A stretch of 64,000 bases of DNA from Candidatus Dormibacteria bacterium (GTDB lineage: Bacteria > Chloroflexota > Dormibacteria > DASZGP01): NCBI GenBank assembly GCA_046262455.1, contig JBHEMS010000002.1, forward strand, positions 1,889 through 65,888. The letters are read 5' to 3'. Position numbers and translations under genes: made by a program. Under the pieces are notes generated by a model. It made no database searches and was not told the origin of the DNA. It saw nothing but the letters and a program-made list of their open reading frames with translations. The first letter of the stretch is position 1; each line of letters opens with the position of its first letter. This document shows positions 62,515 through 64,000 of this stretch, piece by piece.

Positions 62515-63441
62515 CTACCAGCCTCTCGAGGCGAGTAGCTCCTCCTGGGGAATGGTGGCGATCTCGATCCCCTTCATCGCGGCGCCCAGTCCCCGGCTCA
62601 CCTCGAGGATGACGTCGGGCTTGTCGAAGTACGTCGTGGCGGCGACGATGGCCTTGGCCATCCGCGCCGGGTCCTCGGACTTGAAGATGCCCGACCCGAC
62701 GAAATTGCCATCGCACCCCAGCTGCATCATCAGCGCGGCATCGGCAGGGGTCGCGATGCCACCGGCGGAGAAATTGACCACCGGCAGCCGGCCCAGCCGC
62801 GCCGCCTCGGCGACCAGGTCGTAGGGTGCCTGGAGCTCCTTCGCGGCCGTGTAGAGCTCCTCCTTGGCCATGCCGTGGAGGCGACGGATCTCACCGCTGA
62901 CGGCGCGCATGTGGCGCACTGCCTCAACCACGTTGCCGGTGCCGGCTTCCCCCTTGGTGCGGATCATCGCCGCGCCCTCGGCAATGCGGCGGAGCGCCTC
63001 TCCGAGGTTGCGCGCGCCGCAGACGAATGGGACCTTGAACTGCCACTTGTCGACGTGGTGCTCCTCGTCGGCGGGGGTCAGGACCTCGGACTCGTCGATG
63101 AAGTCGATCCCGATCTCCTCGAGGAGCTGAGCCTCGACGAAGTGGCCGATCCGTACCTTGGCCATCACGGGGATCGTCACCGCGGACTGGATCTCGGCAA
63201 TCAGGCTGGGGTCGCTCATGCGCGCCACACCGCCGTCACGACGGATATCGGCAGGAACGCGTTCCAGGGCCATCACCGCGCACGCGCCCGCCTCCTCGGC
63301 GATGCGGGCCTGGTCGGCGTTGACCACGTCCATGATCACACCGCCCTTGAGCATCTCTGCAAGACCGGTCTTGATCCGCAGCGTGCCGGTTTCACGGTGC
63401 CCATTGGCACTGGCCTTGCCGTTGGTGTCGGTCTTCGCCAT
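62515..63441 (-). CDS. pdxS: Pyridoxal 5'-phosphate synthase lyase subunit
   Basis: [14 protein letters not shown]...[10 protein letters not shown]...[10 protein letters not shown]...[11 protein letters not shown]. Confidence 0.97.
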   Translation of the reverse strand: MAKTDTNGKASANGHRETGTLRIKTGLAEMLKGGVIMDVVNADQARIAEEAGACAVMALERVPADIRRDGGVARMSDPSLIAEIQSAVTIPVMAKVRIGHFVEAQLLEEIGIDFIDESEVLTPADEEHHVDKWQFKVPFVCGARNLGEALRRIAEGAAMIRTKGEAGTGNVVEAVRHMRAVSGEIRRLHGMAKEELYTAAKELQAPYDLVAEAARLGRLPVVNFSAGGIATPADAALMMQLGCDGNFVGSGIFKSEDPARMAKAIVAATTYFDKPDVILEVSRGLGAAMKGIEIATIPQEELLASRGW

Positions 63442-63517
63442 CTAGATCGGATTCTACGCCGGGTTCCCTTGCCGCGAACCGACTACACGGACCTGGCCCA
63501 GGGACCCTTGCAGCAGC

Positions 63518-64000
63518 CTACAGGCCGAGGGATTTCGAGATCAGGTAACGCTGGATCTCGGACGTACCCTCGACGATGCGCAGGATCCGCACGAAGCGGT
63601 AGATGCGCTCCAGGCCGAGCTCCCGTGTCAGGCCCATCCCGCCGTGCACCTGGATGGCGGTGTCGGCGGCCCGGCCCACCATCTCGGTCGCGAAGAGCTT
63701 GGAGTACGCGGCTGCCTGGATCAGCGGGTCGCCCTGGTCCGCCAGCCACGCCAGTTTGTAGGCCAGCAGTCGGGCCATCTCGACCTCCATCGCCATGTCC
63801 GCCAGCTGGAAGGAGATGCCCTGCATCCGGCCGATCGGCTTGCCGAACTGCACCCTGCTCCTGGCGTATTCCACCGAAGTTCGCAGCAGGTAGTCCCCGA
63901 AGCCCACGCACATAGCGGCGATGTTGGCGCGCCCGCCGGTGAGGAACCCCATGGCGTTGTAGAACCCCATGCCCACCTCACCGATGACGTTCTCCTCGGG
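63518..64000 (-). CDS. Acyl-CoA dehydrogenase, C-terminal 160 codons (gene runs off the window end)
   Basis: PEENVIGEVGMGFYNAMGFL...FGKPIGRMQGISFQLADM...IQVHGGMGLTRE...IVEGTSEIQRYLISKSL. Confidence 0.9.
   Translation of the reverse strand, partial: PEENVIGEVGMGFYNAMGFLTGGRANIAAMCVGFGDYLLRTSVEYARSRVQFGKPIGRMQGISFQLADMAMEVEMARLLAYKLAWLADQGDPLIQAAAYSKLFATEMVGRAADTAIQVHGGMGLTRELGLERIYRFVRILRIVEGTSEIQRYLISKSLGL

Noticed and set aside
1-64000. CRISPR arrays, rRNA, IS elements, toxin-antitoxin pairs and known defence-system gene sets.
   Set aside because: I saw no regularly spaced direct repeats and no cas, transposase or integrase-like translations in any frame. The only repeats are short in-frame low-complexity codon repeats (ino1 tails and the TP-rich sORF).

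Overview
High-GC, gene-dense chromosomal segment with about 66 CDS, one tRNA-Asp, and no rRNA, CRISPR array, transposase, integrase or prophage signature. Gene content looks actinobacterium-like: a SigH/RshA pair, PimA/PgsA/PatA/Ino1 inositol-lipid genes, MoxR-DUF58 modules, many 4-nt start/stop overlaps and leaderless-type starts. Most genes are housekeeping: glyA, holB, hisC-like, tmk, darA, pdxST, fabG-like, acyl-CoA dehydrogenases and FAD oxidases. All calls rest on reading the six-frame translations and the DNA by eye; no database search, HMM or folding was run. Many long track ORFs are GC-driven shadow ORFs antisense to real genes and were discarded. Items worth a second look: (1) At 25.3-27.1 kb, a LanKC/RamC-type lyase-kinase lacks any LanC cyclase domain. 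It is followed by a 131-codon Ser/Thr-rich ORF with a leader-like N-terminus and a cationic tail, and this ORF converges on a cyclase-STAND-TPR protein. (2) selD is split in the ORF track by an in-frame TGA at the catalytic Cys position, so it is a likely selenocysteine, with a downstream hairpin. (3) A translationally coupled inositol-phospholipid operon (arsR-ino1-patA-patA-PHP-pimA-pgsA-DUF2127) contains a PHP phosphoesterase that is a candidate PIP phosphatase. (4) holB and glyA start 16 bp apart and share one AT-rich -10 element, which suggests divergent leaderless mRNAs. (5) A SigR/SigH-type promoter abuts the first of two in-frame sigH starts. (6) The window also holds two MoxR-DUF58 modules, a glutaredoxin-PDZ fusion, a probable CTG-initiated signal peptide and two small orphan ORFs.
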